From assembly GCA_903916595.1 (NCBI GenBank), contig CAIWXI010000049.1, forward strand, positions 23,396 to 87,395: DNA of 64,000 nt, given 5' to 3'. The DNA comes from an uncultured Bacteroidales bacterium (lineage in GTDB: Bacteria > Bacteroidota > Bacteroidia > Bacteroidales > FEN-979). The translations under genes and the position numbers were made by a program. Below are positions 63,980 to 64,000 of this stretch, piece after piece (position 1 is the stretch's first letter; each line of letters starts with the position of its first letter). The notes beneath the pieces are model-generated. The model searched no databases. It had not been told where the DNA came from and was given only the letters and a program-made list of their open reading frames with translations.

Positions 63980-64000
63980 TTGATAGAACATACAGGCCTC

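Overview
This 64-kb chromosomal segment reads as Bacteroidota. Four proteins end in T9SS type-A C-terminal sorting domains, TAnnTTTG '-7' promoter boxes precede many genes, no Shine-Dalgarno signals are evident, and Omp28-related, C25/gingipain-like, DUF4292-type, HU and Lnt families are present. I call 54 protein-coding genes: one is cut by the window edge, one is split by an in-frame TAG, and one is a 29-aa ORF absent from the ORF track. I also call one tRNA-Arg(CCT), three intrinsic terminators and 16 promoter boxes. Gene content: (1) housekeeping genes (mutY, HU, RNase G, trpS, lnt, polA, ROK kinase, dut, metG, RNase H, YraN); (2) a T9SS cargo cluster (Omp28-like protein plus two C25 peptidases, then a six-Asp-box giant); (3) a conserved envelope operon on the minus strand (flippase-dut-TPR-DUF4292-M23-EamA); (4) a two-component signalling island (40.8-48.2 kb); (5) a fused SBD-SBD-permease ABC importer; (6) from 53.7 kb, after the tRNA, a glycan-biosynthesis locus ending in a Wzm/Wzt-type exporter with a visibly AT-rich inner cassette. 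The feature least explained by ordinary annotation is a family of short tandem arrays. These are 7-nt-phased units with a (G)GAT(G)/(C)ATC(C) core, plus an 8-nt ATTTCACC unit. They fill most gene junctions and 5' leaders in the first 38 kb, often flip polarity to form imperfect hairpins, and in four cases lie in frame inside conserved genes (polA linker, mutY, lnt, flippase). Other items worth a second look: a ~300-nt orphan region with strong long-range complementarity between two convergent genes (ncRNA or MITE-like), a bS22-like micro-ORF after HU, an amber-split lipoprotein gene, a small ORF plus nucleotidyltransferase pair, and a polytopic-membrane::GT9-like fusion. CDS ends follow the ORF track, and several starts were moved on promoter or signal-peptide evidence. 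Coordinates of hand-counted non-CDS features may be off by 1-2 nt. No database search, folding or composition calculation was run.
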